The notes under the pieces were generated by a model, which was given only the letters and a program-made list of their open reading frames with translations, was not told where the DNA came from and searched no databases. Made by a program: the position numbers and the translations under genes. Of a stretch of DNA of 64,000 nt, positions 1 to 15,108 are shown one piece after another. The DNA is from Octopus vulgaris (lineage: Eukaryota). The stretch spans positions 106,392,001 to 106,456,000 of the forward strand of contig OX597817.1 of assembly GCA_951406725.2 (NCBI GenBank), written 5' to 3'. The first letter of the stretch is position 1. Each line of letters starts with the position of its first letter.

Positions 1-639
1 TCTACACCTCGCAACATGTAATTCTCGTCAGCTCTCAGCACCTCAAAAATGCTATTAAATAATATAATTTCGCTTTCACTAATTTTTGCAGCAGTTTTGT
101 TATTGCACTAGCATTATTTATAAGTTTTAGCTCGATTATATTATTAATTAGCTTAAATCAACTTGTTCTATGATTAAAAGCATTTATTTTTTTGGTGGGT
201 GGAATGTGAAATCTTTCCCCAGCGAATAGCTCAAGTTCTGCCTCAGTCTAAACCACGACAAATTTCGCCGCACGTCTACGTGTACAAATGTAATTTAAGT
301 AGTCTTTGTGTTTTCTTTGTAAGTTGTCTTGGCTGTTTGGATAGTAAGCTGAATATACAAAGATTGCCCAAAGTCCGACTCGTTGGTTCTTGTTATCGCC
401 TTACTGCGAACCTTCCTCATAATTAGCAAAATATTATTGCTTTTTTGGCTGAATTAAATTTAGGCTGGGAAAATAAAAATACCTCACTGTAAAAATATTT
501 GTTTACTTAAAAACGTAATGTCAAAATAATGTGTGTTTATTTTTGGTGTTTATTAATGTGTCAAGCTGCTGTGTTAGCAGACTTTTTGTTGTTTTGTAAA
601 CAAGTACATTTATAAGCAATCCATTAATTCTTTGTTACA

Positions 640-1188
<549 letters not shown>

Positions 1189-1604
1189 GTAGCTGAAACA
1201 AGGAAGACGTGTTCTTTTTTGTCTCCTATCTAAGCTTGATTTACGCGTTCGCCACCGCAACCTCATCTAGACTCAGCAGCCCTTCCTGTTTGTTTTCACT
1301 GTCCTGCATGTGTTACCAATTTTGACCCTCCGCAAAATCCCAAATTTTATTTAATTTGCTTTGCGGGAGCAACTGTTTTATCGAAAGCGTATATTGTTGT
1401 TAATAGCTCGAAATACGAGATTAGAAAAACAGCCAACAACTGATGAAGGGTCGTTCTTTATGTTGTTTGTTTTGTTTTCCCTTTGTGTCTTTCGTTGTTC
1501 GAAAGAATAGTTCATGTTCCATGTACTCGTGCTTTGTACTTTTTTGTTGTACACATTTCGTGACGTCCTGTGCCCACATATGCATATATAGAAATCCATA
1601 TATA

Positions 1605-2470
1605 AAACCAGCTATCTTGGTTGAAGGAACGATTCTGAAGGTAGTAGACAAGTTTGTCTACCTGGGCAGCACACTCAGCCGTTCTTGCTCCCTGGATGAG
1701 GAAATATCTTTCAGGTTGCAGAGAGCAACTAATTCCTTCCGGTCTCTTCAGTTTCGTGTCTGGTCCCAACATGGCATCGCAAGGAGAACAAAAGTTGCTG
1801 TGTACCGTGCTTGTGTACTGACGTCGCTTCTCTACTCATGTGAGACATGGACTCTGTACAAACATCAGGTCAGGGTCCTTGAACGTTTTCATCAGAGATG
1901 TCTCAGACACATTCTCAATGTTGGCTGGACCTCAAAAATTCCAGACACACAGATCCTGAGGACAGCTGATATCTTGAGTATTGAGGCGATGGTACACAAG
2001 CACCGGTTGCGTTGGACTGGACACCTTATTAGAATGGAGGATAGAAGGATTCCTAAGTAGATGCTCTATGGAGAACTTGTGAATGGAAGGAGACTCCGGC
2101 AGAAACCAAGGCTGCGATTTAAGGACTGTGTTAAGTCCTCGTTAAAGGCCTTTGATATGCAGGACATTGACTGGGAGAACAATGCCTGTCATCGCCACAG
2201 ATGGAGGAAGCAGGTTAAGGAGGGGATCGACACTTTTGAGAGAGCACGTATCCAGCATGAAGAACTTAAGCGAGCTGCGCGAAATCGCACGGCTCGTATA
2301 GTGAATGGGGAAAGCTTGGTCTGCAATGTTTGCAGTCGTGTATGCTTGTCAAGAGCAGGGCTCATTAGCCACCAACGGAGCCGCAAATGCAAAATATAAG
2401 TTAGTCCTAGAGCGCACAATGTTCCTGAAGGTCGGCAATGGTCTTCCTCGGTCACGAGTGGACGGCCATC
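1605..2470 (+). mobile_element. 5'-truncated RTE-clade LINE (C-terminal RT region plus C2H2 finger), one in-frame stop at 2058-2060
   Basis: Motifs VDKFVYLGS, LLYSCETW, FHQRCLRHIL, HRLRWTGHLIRMEDRRIPK*MLYGEL, CNVCSRVCLSRAGLISHQR; ends in (TA)n. Confidence 0.92.
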
Positions 2471-3197
2471 ATATATATATATATATACGGACAGACTTCC
2501 ACTAAGACAGGCTTTCTCGATTAGAAGCAAGCTTATAGGTATACCTACCTATGTGCCCTACATGCATGCATGCATACATACATACATACATACATACATA
2601 CATACATACATACATACATACATACATACATACATACATACATACATACATTATCTGTCTCTTTGTCAGTGTGCGCATGTGCATGTATATATAGCGACAT
2701 ATAATCAGCGTGCAGAAGACATAAATCATTATGAAAGGCTGAGAAAGTTTTCTTATTGTCTCAATGGGATCCACAGAGGTCATGACATCCCTAATAACAA
2801 GTACATGAGACAAATAATCTACACAAATATAAGTCATAATGAAGAAATCCTTTGCTTTGTTAGTAATTTGTTTGCCATGTTAGATTATCAGTGCATACAA
2901 AAGAGTAGGTCTATGCGGCGAGGAATGAAAGGGGTGGAGTTGAGAAGCTTTGTTTCGAAAGAAGACAGATGTCACGTTCAGACAGTGACGTGTTTCAAAG
3001 TGCGATCTCGTGAAATCAAAATGTTAGAGGACATAATAAAAACAATGCCTGAGATAGTCTGTCTTAGGTTTAAGGGCAGGTTGAAATGTAATCTAAAACG
3101 AAGTAAAAGAGATTCCCATTTCTATTTTTTTTATGGCTTAGTCCAGAGGTGGAAGGCCGTTTTGAAGCTAACTGCTATATACCAAGATCACATTTCG

Positions 3198-3329
<132 letters not shown>

Positions 3330-3797
3330 ACACACACATATATATATGTATATACATGTGTGTGTGTATCCATGTGACTCTCTCTTGCCTTCGCTCTTTC
3401 TCCCTGTCTTTGTTTCACTGCTTTCTATCCTTTAGGATGTCTTCCAAGCGTTACCCTCTATTCTTGTCTCTTTTGCCCATGAGGCTGTATTTTGTTCGTT
3501 TCTTATTTATTTCTTCTTTGTCCATCATCCTAAATCACTTTCATTCACTTTCGTGTCTCCACTCTGTATTGCTTTGTTTTGTTTGCTCTCGGCCCTATAT
3601 TCTCCGCAAAGTTTTTGCGGACACTGCCAATAGGGGAAGTTTTCAGTCTTATGATTAATAATGCGAAACAGTATTACTAATTTGTTGATAACTAATGAAG
3701 AATTGTGGACCTTCTGTGTTTGTCTCCCGTCCGGTTGTACATTGAGTACAAGTTATGTCGTTTGTTTATTTATCAAACATTTTTTCATTTACTATAT

Positions 3798-5070
3798 ATA
3801 CTAGCAGAAAGACCGCTCTCCGGGCGGTTTTCTGTTAGTAACTTGATATTATTTTCACATTTGATCCCCAATTCTAATAATGTTTATATTTTATGTCTAA
3901 TTATTTCTCTGTATAATAGTGCTCACTTGCTTAGTAAATATTTCTTTCTTTATTTTACCACAGTCATAATCACTCTCTTTTAAACAAACACTACGGTAGT
4001 CCAACAACAAAGGGAAAAACAGTTTGTCAATTTTTACCTTCCCCTCATAGCAACATAGAGATTTCAATTCAGTAGTCCATCTGTAAACTTTGCAGTGTGT
4101 GTGTGTGTGAGTGTGTGTGTGAGGGGGAGGGGAAAGAACATTGCAAACAATGAATGAAATAAACATGAAACGAAAAGATCATATAAATAAAAAGGCATTA
4201 CTATAGTTGTATACACCCCAACTTTGCCTCATGACATCCAGAAAAATGGATACTTTAAACAAAATTTTTTGCAAATACCGCTTAGATGTTGTGGCTTCAG
4301 AGTATATAGGGATTTATGGGAAAGAATTTTTTCGAGGGGGTGGAGAAAGAAGTTTCGGAAAATTCACACGATTTGACTTTTTTCCTCTCATAACTTTCAG
4401 GAAGATGGGTATCTTTTAAGGAAAATTTATACAAATCCTTTTCAAACGGCATAGATTACGATTATAAAGAAAATTGTGGAGAAGATTTTTTCGGGGATTT
4501 TCCCTACTTTTTAAACCCAAGCATTCGAAATAATGGGGTTGGGCGGGCGTGGGGGCATCTTTATATAAAAAAAAACGCTTTGAAAACCCTTTTTTTTTCA
4601 TCCTCTCCCTCATCATCCCACTTCGGATCTATTTTGGCCATTTTATTTTGCATTTCAAAACCATGGGAAAAGTATTTTCGGTAAAAAAAAAAAAGAAAAA
4701 ATTGTTAATATTTTCAGAGGGAAATGTGAGATTTGGCTGTTGTTTCTAGCACATTCAAAGACAACCCTCCTCGTTTCTTTCTCACTCTCGCATGTATTGA
4801 TATTTTTCAATTTTTTTCCCCATAAATAGATGTGCATGCTATAAAAAAGAAAATTTGAGAAATTATGAATTTTTTTGCAATACCTCTCCCTGCTCCCGAT
4901 TGTTTCTGTTTAGAAATTAAAATATTGGAGAGCCTGAGAAGATCATTGCTGGCATTTATCCACAGTGATGTAAAAAAAAAATTACGGAGATGTACTTGCA
5001 TAGCAAGTGGCTTGATCTGAGATCGTGTGCTGAAACAATATTTTTACATTAAGTATACATTAATAGAATA
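3798..5070 (+). mobile_element. Probable non-autonomous Helitron/Helentron-like element
   Basis: Starts atACTAGCAG followed by a short GC hairpin (aagaccgc..gcggttttct); non-coding; right boundary approximate. Confidence 0.35.
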
Positions 5071-5403
5071 AACTGTCGGTTTTCCAAATAGTGAATTAAA
5101 ACTTAAAAGAAAGTGAGAGACTTTGCAAATGAAAATGGAATATTCCGCAGTGAATGTAATGAATATTTAAATTTGTGAATTGGACGCAGTGAATGCATTG
5201 AATATTCAAATTTGCGAGAAATTGGAATTTTAAAAATTCAATAAACTCGAGAAATCGAAATTATAGGAAATTTTTTAAAACATGAATTTATAAAAATATT
5301 TCCTGACGGTCAACCCTTTAAAAATTGCTTTCTTTTAGTACTTTTAGTAATTGTTACATACCTAATTAATAAGCAGCTTTCTCCATTATAGTATAAGAGA
5401 TAT

Positions 5404-5795
5404 AGGCGCAGGAGTGGCTGTGTGGTAAGAAGCTCGCTTCCCAACCACACGGTTCCGGGTTCAGTCCCACTGCGTGGCACCTTGGGCAAGTAAGTGTCTT
5501 TTACTATAGCCTCGCTCGGGCCAATCAAAACCTTGTGAGTGGATTTGGTAGACGGAAACTGAAAGAAGCCCGTCGAATATATACGTATGTATATGTTTGT
5601 GTGTCTGTTTGTCCTCCCCCATCGCTTGACAACCGATGTTGGTCTGTTTACGTCCGCGTAACTTAGCGGTTCGGCAAAAGAAAACGATAGAATAAGTACT
5701 AGGCTTACAAAGAATAAGTCCTGGGGTCGATTTGTTCAACTAAAGGCAGTGCTCCAGCATTGATGCAGTTAAAATGATTGAAATAAGTAAAAGAT
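5404..5795 (+). mobile_element. SINE family 1 (tRNA-like head, CORE-like centre, internal microsatellite)
   Basis: Box A-like tggctgtgtggtaag, box B-like ggttcagtccc, CORE-like ggcaccttgggcaagtg; more than 12 copies in the window. Confidence 0.88.
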
Positions 5796-6071
5796 TTATA
5801 TATATATACATATATATATATATAATATTTTACTAGTTCGCGGTCAGCTTCGATTCGACGCGGTGGAAACGACCCTCTCAAAGCGCTGAGTGTTAAAACA
5901 TCTGGAAGTCAGTCATAGACAAGTGCGACAACTCACACCAAGTCCTTTTCAGAAGCAATTGACATCGATGTTTCGCCATTTTTGTGGCTTATCAACATCA
6001 TCGACCCGAAGCGTACAGGAAGCAAATTGAATAGCTTGTCTATGACTATATGTAAAATGGTGTAAAGACCA

Positions 6072-6125
<54 letters not shown>

Positions 6126-7149
6126 CTGAGCATATTTTATAAAAACTAAAAAAAAACAGGTTCCGAATAAGCACCTCTCTAACTTTTGTTTCTATGCTTC
6201 ACACACAATTGTAACTAGTTTAAATAAGTAATTACAATTGTAAGTAAATATACATATATATGAATAGGTGTTTCTAAAACTTCGCTGTTAGTTGAATAAA
6301 TTTAAACCATCCAAAATATATTCCAGTACAGTGATTTTACCCTCGAACGTTGTATTTCTTTCAGAAGTCTTCAGAGAGTCGACTCTAGCTTAGCCACCTC
6401 TTGCTTAGCCAAAGTGGGAGGAGGAGCAGATTCCATGAACGTCTGCAGAGCCTACGAAACTAGTGGAGGGTAAAAAGAGGAAGAAAACTTTTCATCGGTT
6501 ACTGCAACAGGAAGAAGGGCATCAAGATAACGAATTATTTTCAAACCGGGTACTGGGTCCAATTGCTTGCAAGTGTGGTCTCCGTTAAAGGAACTCAAGA
6601 GCTATAAGAAGGTGCTAAAATGGGCTTTGAATTATGTCTACAACCCATGAGTTAATGTGTTAAGTTTAGTCAAATTATAATGCACTATCAACTTCTTTGA
6701 TGCAGAAAAAGTTTCGGATGATTTTGAAGGTAACATGTTTGACAGCTCAGTAGTAACACGGTGATGATGGTTTATAGGTCACTTAAGACTTCTATGCTTG
6801 ACATCAGTAAGTCAATACATGATTTGCAGTTTTCTCTTGAAAGATTACACTTAAATCTGTGCCTGACTCAAACAATGATGATTACAGGCATCAGATCTGT
6901 TGTTGTAGGTCAACGTGCTTCATGTCAGTAATACCCATGTCTGTCAATGATCGGTGATGAAAAATATTGACGGAAGATTGACATCATCATCTGATGTATT
7001 AGTTCAAAGACTTATCAGCTTATAAAACCCGATGATATTGATTTCTCATACAAATTATGCGAATTTGTAAAGGAATATAGCAAACTGAATCGACGCAATG
7101 CAACATCATTTTCTCGAACTTGCTCGGATTTACCCGACTCGATGTCATT

Positions 7150-7520
7150 ATACGTAGCGATCCTACATAGCGTTTAGGTCAGCACAAGGAAATATCCTGT
7201 CTATATAGATCTGGTGGATACAGGTACTTATTGAACGACCGGCCCTTGTCTGGATGTCCATTGGAGTATATCGCAAAAGGATCCTTGTTTGGCTTTCCAG
7301 CGACGTTTTGTAGAACGCATGCGTCTCTTTCTTATGACGTCAGTGATTGCAAGAAGATTGCCACACAGGTTTTCTTTGGCTGGATGCTTCTTCCACAAGA
7401 TTTTGAGAACGATTCGTGACATGTAGGTTTAAGTGCCATCAACTCTTGCTTCCTTTGCCCAATAAGTGGACCCGTATAATAGACAGATTCCACAGATGCT
7501 CAAAAGAAGCTTCACTTAAA
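7150..7520 (-). mobile_element. Decayed RTE-type LINE 3' fragment
   Basis: Minus-strand ASVESV..YGS..W, RVDGT, ILWKKHPAKENLCGNL.AITDVIRKRRMR...DILQWT. Confidence 0.7.
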
Positions 7521-7654
7521 ATCATCAGGTAGCGATGACTTCCCGATGTCATTAAGGCCATGAAAACGAATTTTTAAATAAATAGCGTATATTTTATGAA
7601 TTATAAATTAATGATGATAGAAACCTTGGCGGGACTTCTTGTAGGAACGTTGTC

Positions 7655-8020
7655 CTCGTCATCGTCGTCGTCATCATCATCATCATCATCATTATCATCA
7701 TCATCACCGTCATCATTATCCTCATCATCATTTAACGTCCGTTTGCCAGGCTGGCTTGGGTTAGACGATTTGACTGGAGCTGGCAAGCCGGAGAGCTGCA
7801 CCAGGCTCCAGTCTGTTTTCGCTTGGTTCCTACGGCGGAATGCCCTTCCTAACGCCAGCCACTCTACAGAGTGTACTGGTTTTCTTTTGCGTGTCATCTG
7901 GCACGGGTGCCTTCTACATGTTAGCACCATGGCCACGACCACGATTTCACTTAGCTTGACCTGTTTTCTCAAACACAGCAAATCACCAGAAGTGTCGACC
8001 ACTTGTCATCGCCTCCGTAG
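7655..8020 (-). mobile_element. RTE 3'-UTR-derived retroposon with (GAT)n tail
   Basis: Minus strand ends aaacggacgttaaatgatga...; contains ggcgttaggaagggcat, typical of RTE 3' ends. Confidence 0.6.
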
Positions 8021-8896
8021 GGAGACAAAATTAAATATTACGTTACCGTTTCTGCCTGCCACTCTTTGTATGTGATGATGATATTGATGATAAGTTAATG
8101 CAATGTCAAGATGTGAAGGATAAAGAAAAACAGCATATTTCCTTGAAAGATTTGTGTGTGGGAAGTGGATTTGTAGATTATAGCAGCAGTGATGTAATAA
8201 CGAGTGCCAATGAGATAACAATAGATCAAGTTCTGAGATTATAGATAGATTATGAAAATTCTTTGCGCATGAGTGATGAAATTTTATCCTTCTACAAACT
8301 TCTTCCCCTCCTCCTCCTTCTCTTCTTCTTCTTCTTCTTCTTCTTCTTCTTCTTCTTTATTTATTTATTTATTTATTGCATATTTATTTTTGCGCAACCA
8401 AATCAGCAGACTTTGCTACTTAACTGAAGATTAAGCTAGCATTTCACTTAAAAAGTTAATTAATACTGTTGCTATTCTAACCAATGTGTTTCCGCATATA
8501 TGTTTCCATTACATTTATATTTCCATGACTTAACTTCATGTACTTTATGTCTACGAGTGAAAACAGTTGCTTTGTTTAGTGTAGATCAAAAATGACCGAG
8601 CAGACCAATGATTAAAATCGTCATATACATCGCCATCCCCTTTTTTGTTTTTTGCTTTTTATCCTCCAAAGACTATATCCCTTATTTTTAAAGACTGTAA
8701 TGTATGATTTGAGAGATATTTGATCATCATTTCTAACAGCTCATGAGATCACGTAGTAGTTTCTTCGTTGACTTGTGTAAAAGAGTTAATCGCTTTTGAC
8801 CTAGACCAGATAGCTTTTGTTTAGACCTCATTGAGCAGACCTTATGATCAAAGGTGTTCCTTGCGTGACCAAATTGGATTTTATTTTTCAAATATA

Positions 8897-9250
8897 GTCG
8901 CGGGCGTGGTTGTGTGGTAAGAAGCTGGCTTTACAACCACATGGTTTCAGGTTCAGTCCTACTGCATGGCACCTTGGGCTAGTGTCTTCTACTATAGCCC
9001 TCAGGCTGACCAAAGCCTCGTGAGTGGATTTGGTTGACGGAGACTGTGTGTGTGTCTTTGTGTCTTTGTTTGTTCCCCCACCATTGCTTGACAATCGATA
9101 TTGGTGTGTTTGCGTCCTCGTAACCTAGAGGTTCGTCAAAAGACACCGATAGAATAAGCACTAGGCTTACAACATTCTGGAGTCGATTTCTTCGACTAAG
9201 ACTCTTTAAGGCGGAGCTCCAGCATGGCCCCAGTCAAATGACTGAAGCGA
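8897..9250 (+). mobile_element. SINE family 1 copy
   Basis: Colinear with 5404-5795. Confidence 0.85.
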
Positions 9251-9629
9251 TCGACCAAGTAGCGGCTCTACCAAAAGAGTAATATATTTATGTAATTCAG
9301 AAGTAAGTATGCTTTTAGCTTCATGGTCTACTTCTGCAAGGATAGTACAGGACAATTATTTTTGAAAGTGGATCATTTTGTCTCTGCCTTGATATGTTTA
9401 GCAGAAAGAACAATAAATAAATCATAGTATTGTTGTTGAGGAAAATTAAGAAACAAAACAAAACAAAACAAAAATTTTAAAAAGTTTTAAAAATCAGAGA
9501 AAAGAATTCGCCTGTTAAAACATTTGGAAACTAATTAAGTATGTTAAGGGCGTGAAACACACGAAAGAAAAGTTGGCAAATGCGAAGACTGCCTCGTTTT
9601 ATCGAAAATTTAACCACGAATGTAGATTC

Positions 9630-9723
9630 TTAAACAGAAGATAACTTATTCGTGTATTGCTTTAAACAGAAGATAACTTATTCGTGTATTGTTTTAAACA
9701 GAAGATAACTTATTCGTGTATTA
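9630..9723. repeat. Three copies of a 31-bp tandem repeat (ttaaacagaagataacttattcgtgtattg)
   Basis: Direct reading. Confidence 0.9.
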
Positions 9724-9737
9724 TTTTAAGCTAACTA

Positions 9738-10347
9738 TACACCCTCTCCTCTTCTTACGACCGAGTTCCATTCCGACTGACAGGTCGTAAGTCAATCTGG
9801 TCGTATGTCGAATTTATATTTTTCAACACTATTGTCATTCAACCGGGTTATAAAAATATAAAACACAAAAACTTAATCCATTTTTATTGTACATAATGTG
9901 AAAAGAACATAATATATACTCTATTATACTGTAAACAAAAATACAATATAAAATTAATGCAAAAAATAATACAACTGAAATTCCGTATACATACGATAGA
10001 AAAAAATTGTTCCTGTAAAACAAGTGCAACTGAAAATAAATTTTTAGTCTTCACACTGATATTTTGGGGTTTTCGAGAAACATGATGAGCTTCGTTTGAA
10101 TAGTTTTTTCTTTTTTTTTTCATATATATCTTACAATAACAACACACCAACTTGCAAAGCGTTCGACATTGGATGCGTTGGACAGTGGATGCCTGGGTTT
10201 GAGGGAGACCTGTGTTGCTAGATGCTGCCAAAGTTATCGTACGCGCAGCTGCCCAACGTCCGAAAATCGATTATTTATTTATTTATTTATTGTGGCCGTA
10301 AGTGTGGATGGTCGTAAGTCGCATAGGCCTTAAGTCAAGGAGGTGTA
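9738..10347. mobile_element. Old pogo/Tigger-like MITE
   Basis: TA-flanked imperfect TIRs tacaccctc...cttacgacc / ggtcgtaagtc...ggaggtgta. Confidence 0.45.
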
Positions 10348-10459
10348 CTTTCTATGGAATATATTTATAGATTTTAGCCAATATATATATATAGACATAT
10401 TTAAATACTTTATCTGTATATACAACGTCATATCCTGGTGGACTAGTTTTAGTCCTTTA

Positions 10460-10748
10460 CCTTTAAACATATTTTGCTTCCGTCAGTCATTAGACTGCGG
10501 TCATATTGGAGCATCATCCTGAAGTGTTTAATCGAACTAATTGAGTCAGTAATTATCTCTTTAAGCCTGGTGCCTATTCTGTCGGTTTCTTTTGCCGAAC
10601 CTCTAGTTTGTAGGGACGTAAACAAACCAACACCAGTTGTCAAACGGTGATAGAAAGAAACACGCACACAAAGACACACATATATATACATACATACAGA
10701 CAGACAGACATACAGACAGACATTTCTATCTATATACATACGCGCGCA

Positions 10749-10798
<50 letters not shown>

Positions 10799-10977
10799 AC
10801 ACACATGCATACGCACACGCGGCGGGTTTCTTTGAATTTCTGTCAGCCAAATCCACTCACAAGGCTTTAATCAGTCCGGAGCTATAGTAGAAGGCACTTG
10901 CCCAAGCTGCCACGCAGTGGGACTGAAACCGGAACGATCTGGTTGGGAAACGAACTTCTTACCACACAGTCACGCCT
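10460..10977 (-). mobile_element. SINE family 1 copy
   Basis: Reverse complement of 5404-5795 with expanded CA tract. Confidence 0.85.
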
Positions 10978-11969
10978 GAATACCTTTGTAACGAGTTGAA
11001 TTTTAGTTTTTTAACGCTTGAAATTTATTGCAACGGCATGTTATAAGATGTGAATGATGAAAAATGCATGAAGTTTTAAGGAAATATTATTTTACCGTTA
11101 CATTATACCAATACCTTACCCCGACAGGCAGGTGATAAAATCCTAGAGCGTGCGAAGTAAAATCGGCCAGTGTTCTTATTAAAGAAGTATGTTCTTATTG
11201 TAGTAGTAAACCATAGAGAGAGATATGGTAATGTGTAGAGAAGACAAAGTGAGTTAGTGAAGGTGAGAGTGTGGGAAGTTGGGTCTCAGTTGTTAACAGT
11301 AAATTTCATTTCACCATTTGTATTTAGTCGCTGCCTTGCTTGTGATCATGATTCTAACTGATGGTGGCTGTCTCTGACTCGAGTTGTCATTCATTAACTA
11401 ACTGATCGAGTTGTCACGAGCCGACTAACTGAGTTATTAGCAAGTGATTAACTGATTTTTACTTAGGGCTCTTGCTTTTATAACTATCCAGAAGGATAGA
11501 CATATCATTGAGAACAATGGGTTTAGTTGGCGGTACTTGTTATCTTAATTCTAGCTTTTGATGGTCTAGGAGAGGTTAGAAGGGTCAAGTGGTGAAGACA
11601 TTATTTCGGCCTAGCTAAGGCATCTGGAAAATGTAAAACTGTTGTCATAGAAAAAAAACTATTGTTCCACTATGAGAAAAGTTCTGTTGAAGTGGTAATT
11701 TAAATTTGGCTATGGTGGATCGAATCCACTTCATACCTACAAGATCCACTACGCCTTCTTGAACTGTTCACAAAATCACTGCTAATAAACCTGTTGTTAC
11801 TAAGGGTGAATAAATAAATTGGATAAATTGAATAAATAAACTGAATAAATAAATTAATATAATGTATTCTTGATAAATCTATTCGTAAACCGTAGGTGCA
11901 TTCTTAATGTTTTGTTTCAATACTATGTTGCACTACAGAACAGATCGATGGAAATTTATCAATATTCTT

Positions 11970-12162
11970 TTCTATTCTAGGCACGAGGCCCGAAATTTTT
12001 TTGGTAAGGGGAGAGGCCAGTCGATTAGATCGACTCCAGTACGCATCCGAAAGGATGAAAGGTAAAGTCGATCTCGGCGGAATTTGAACTCAGGACGTAA
12101 GGACAGACGAAAGACCGCTAAGCATTTCGCCCGGCGTGCCAACGTTTCTGCTAGCTCGCTGC
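11970..12162 (-). mobile_element. SINE family 2 copy (tRNA-like head, conserved gcctttcatcctttcggggtcgat centre)
   Basis: Head gcgagctagcagaaacgttggc, box B-like gagttcaaattcc. Confidence 0.85.
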
Positions 12163-12209
12163 TTTGGAGATTTATCAATATTGTATCTATGAATATAAAG
12201 GTTAACATG

Positions 12210-12615
12210 TAGTGAAAAGGTTAAAGTAAATTGTCCTTAAAATAAAAAAAAGTAAATTGTGATAGGAAGTGGAAGTGACGTCAATGGCATCCCATAATTT
12301 CATGTAGACAATGAATTTGACGTTACCAATGTATAGAGCGTACACATATTTAATATACCATAAAAACCGTACATATATTTTATATGAAATGAAAACAATA
12401 ACATTTCTCAGCGGTGTTCGTTGTATAGCATATTGGAACGTTGTACTTAAGCTGAGTTTTCTGAAATACTTAACACATCATTAAAATACACTATACATGT
12501 AGATGCATGTTGATGTGACATAATGAGAGAATTTTGGGGATGTTACTCTCGTCACTTCCAGTTTCTATTGCAGTTTACTTTCACATTTTAAAACAATTTA
12601 CTTTCACATTTTTAC
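12210..12615. mobile_element. MITE with ~90-bp imperfect TIRs
   Basis: aaagtaaattgtgataggaagtggaagtgacg...catccc versus gggatg...cgtcacttccagtttctattgcagtttacttt. Confidence 0.55.
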
Positions 12616-12997
12616 GACCGTAAACCAATGTAAGTACCTTGTTTGGATGCAGAATACAATATCTTTGAGGACATAAAAAGAGGGATTAGCTGGCTTGTTT
12701 CGAACCTATGTTGGTATTTATTATAATTTATCATAACTTTAGATTATATGTAACATCATATTGTATGAAATTATCTGAAGTTATTAAATTTTTGGAGAAT
12801 GAAGCAGCAAGTTCTTGGATTTCTCAGTTGTTTGAAGAGAAGATGTTTATCATCTTCCTTCGTTTGTCTTCGCACTATTGTTAAAATTAGCCTATCGAGC
12901 TCGTATCTTTATTTATGTTATGTTATAATGATCTCATACAGCACTGTTCCTTTTAACGCTGTATTTTCAGGAACGTAACTCCAGTGCTGTTACTATA

Positions 12998-13040
<43 letters not shown>

Positions 13041-13053
13041 AAACATGTATGTA

Positions 13054-13162
<109 letters not shown>

Positions 13163-13509
13163 GTAGAAAATATAAATAAAAGGATAATGAATAAAAATTT
13201 TATGTTGGAAATGTGTGTATGTGAGTGTATGTGTGCGTGCGCGCATGTATCTGTGTGTAGTTTTATGAAATAAAATATTTACTTAGTCAACCGGTTTCGC
13301 TTATGGTAATCATGACTTAATAGTGATAATGTTTTTATTTCTTGTTATCGTAATAAGTTCTCCTTCCATGCTAGTTGTAGAACAGATGGTTTGTAAACGA
13401 TCGGAGTATAATCTACTTATAATCAATTTACTCCACCCACCCAAAAAAGGTAATTACTTCTCTTGCTTCTACTAATAGTAATCACTGACTACCTCCCCTA
13501 AAACATATT

Positions 13510-13584
<75 letters not shown>

Positions 13585-13684
13585 CAACATAAAATATTTT
13601 CATTTTACTTCTATTTTACTAAAACTTGGTAGTACAATTCACGAAGTAGAATTTTTTTCTCGAACTTTTTCACTACATATATAT

Positions 13685-14015
13685 ATTATCTTTTACTTGT
13701 TTCAGTCATTAGATTGTGGACATGCTGGGGCACCGCCTTGAAGGATCTTTAGTCGAATGATTCGATCCATGTACTTATTTTTTAAAGCTTGGTACATGTT
13801 TTATTGATCTCTTTTGCAGAACCACTAAGTTACGGGGACGTAAACACACCAATACCGGTTATAAAGGCGCGCGCGCGCACACACACACATACGACGGACT
13901 TATTTCAGTCTCCATCCACCAAATCCACTTACAAGGCTCTGGTCGACCCAGGGTGCTACGCAGTGGGACTGAACCCGGAACCATGTGATTGGGAAGCAAG
14001 CTTCTTACCACATTC
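13685..14015 (-). mobile_element. SINE family 1 copy
   Basis: Similarity to other copies. Confidence 0.8.
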
Positions 14016-14366
14016 TTTTAGACTTTAATTTATTTTTACTTGTTTCAGTCAATTGATTGCAGAATGATGAATTATCGCCTTCAAGGGTTTCGGCATCCAA
14101 ATCGTCTACCAAATCTACCCAGTAATTATTTTGAGTCTTTTGCCGAACCACAAAGTTACATGAAAGTAAGCAAACATCGCATTTCAAATGGTAAAAGATA
14201 AGAATACACAAAGACGCACTCATATAATGTATTGACATCGGCATAGCTTTTGTTTCTATTTTCCGTTATCCATACCGGTTTCATCTCACTTGACACCGCT
14301 CTAAGAGAAAGCAGAAACTGTTGGCTAGCAAATCAACCTGCCATACTACTATGCCTATGTGATGTA

Positions 14367-14870
14367 TACCGTAAATCCTCGAGTATAACTGCATTTTTTC
14401 CCCAAAATTTAAAGGTCAAAATCCCCAGTGCGTACTATATACGAGGTTTAAAAAAAAATATATATTTTCTAAGCAATGTCCGAGTCTCTATTTGCTGTCC
14501 GGCAATGTTTATTCAAATGCACTTTGTGATGTCGGGCGCGAAAATACCTTAAGCTAAGCCTGAAAGCAATGAAGTCATAAAAGAATCATCCATAACTTGC
14601 AGTAAGCAACATTTATTAAAATAAAAGTATTTAGAACACAGAATAGGATGTAACAAAAACAATTTGCAAGCATATTTACATTCCCATTATTGTATTACGC
14701 ATGCGCGGAAGTGTTTGTTCGACTAGGTGCTGCTGGCTTAATTACGCATGACTCAAGTTAGAGAAGTGGTGCGTATTATACACAAGGCTTAGGTTTTTCA
14801 GAGCTACAGCCCCCTAAAAATCCCCTGCGTATTATACTCAAGAGCGGACTATACTTGAGGATTTACGGTA
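14367..14870. mobile_element. Tc1/mariner-superfamily (Tc2/pogo-like) MITE
   Basis: TIRs taccgtaaatcctcgagtata / tatacttgaggatttacggta; second copy at 33205-33676. Confidence 0.85.
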
Positions 14871-15108
14871 GAAAATAGCGCTTTCAGAATCAACATCTTC
14901 AATGAAGTATCACAAAATATTGTCCTCTCGTCTATTCTTTTCAACCTAGACCATCCCATACTTTCACAAAATATAAGGCAATTCCATATGTAAATGAAAT
15001 TACCCCACCCCCTCAAATTCTCTTACCATTCTCTTGACACTGCTGCACAATTATTCCAGCCCTCTGTTTAAGTCGCTTAGAAACATGGCTCCACTACATC
15101 GGCCTTAT

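Noticed and set aside
1375-1510. CTGATGA at 1440 with GAAA on both sides as a hammerhead
   Set aside because: Could not form consistent stems II and III
11040-11770. Possible solo LTR
   Set aside because: LTR-like composition, but termini and target-site duplication could not be defined
14250-14552. Duplicated ORF MFLFSVIHTGF... (also 33593-33793)
   Set aside because: Chance frame spanning a MITE junction, with a non-ATG start
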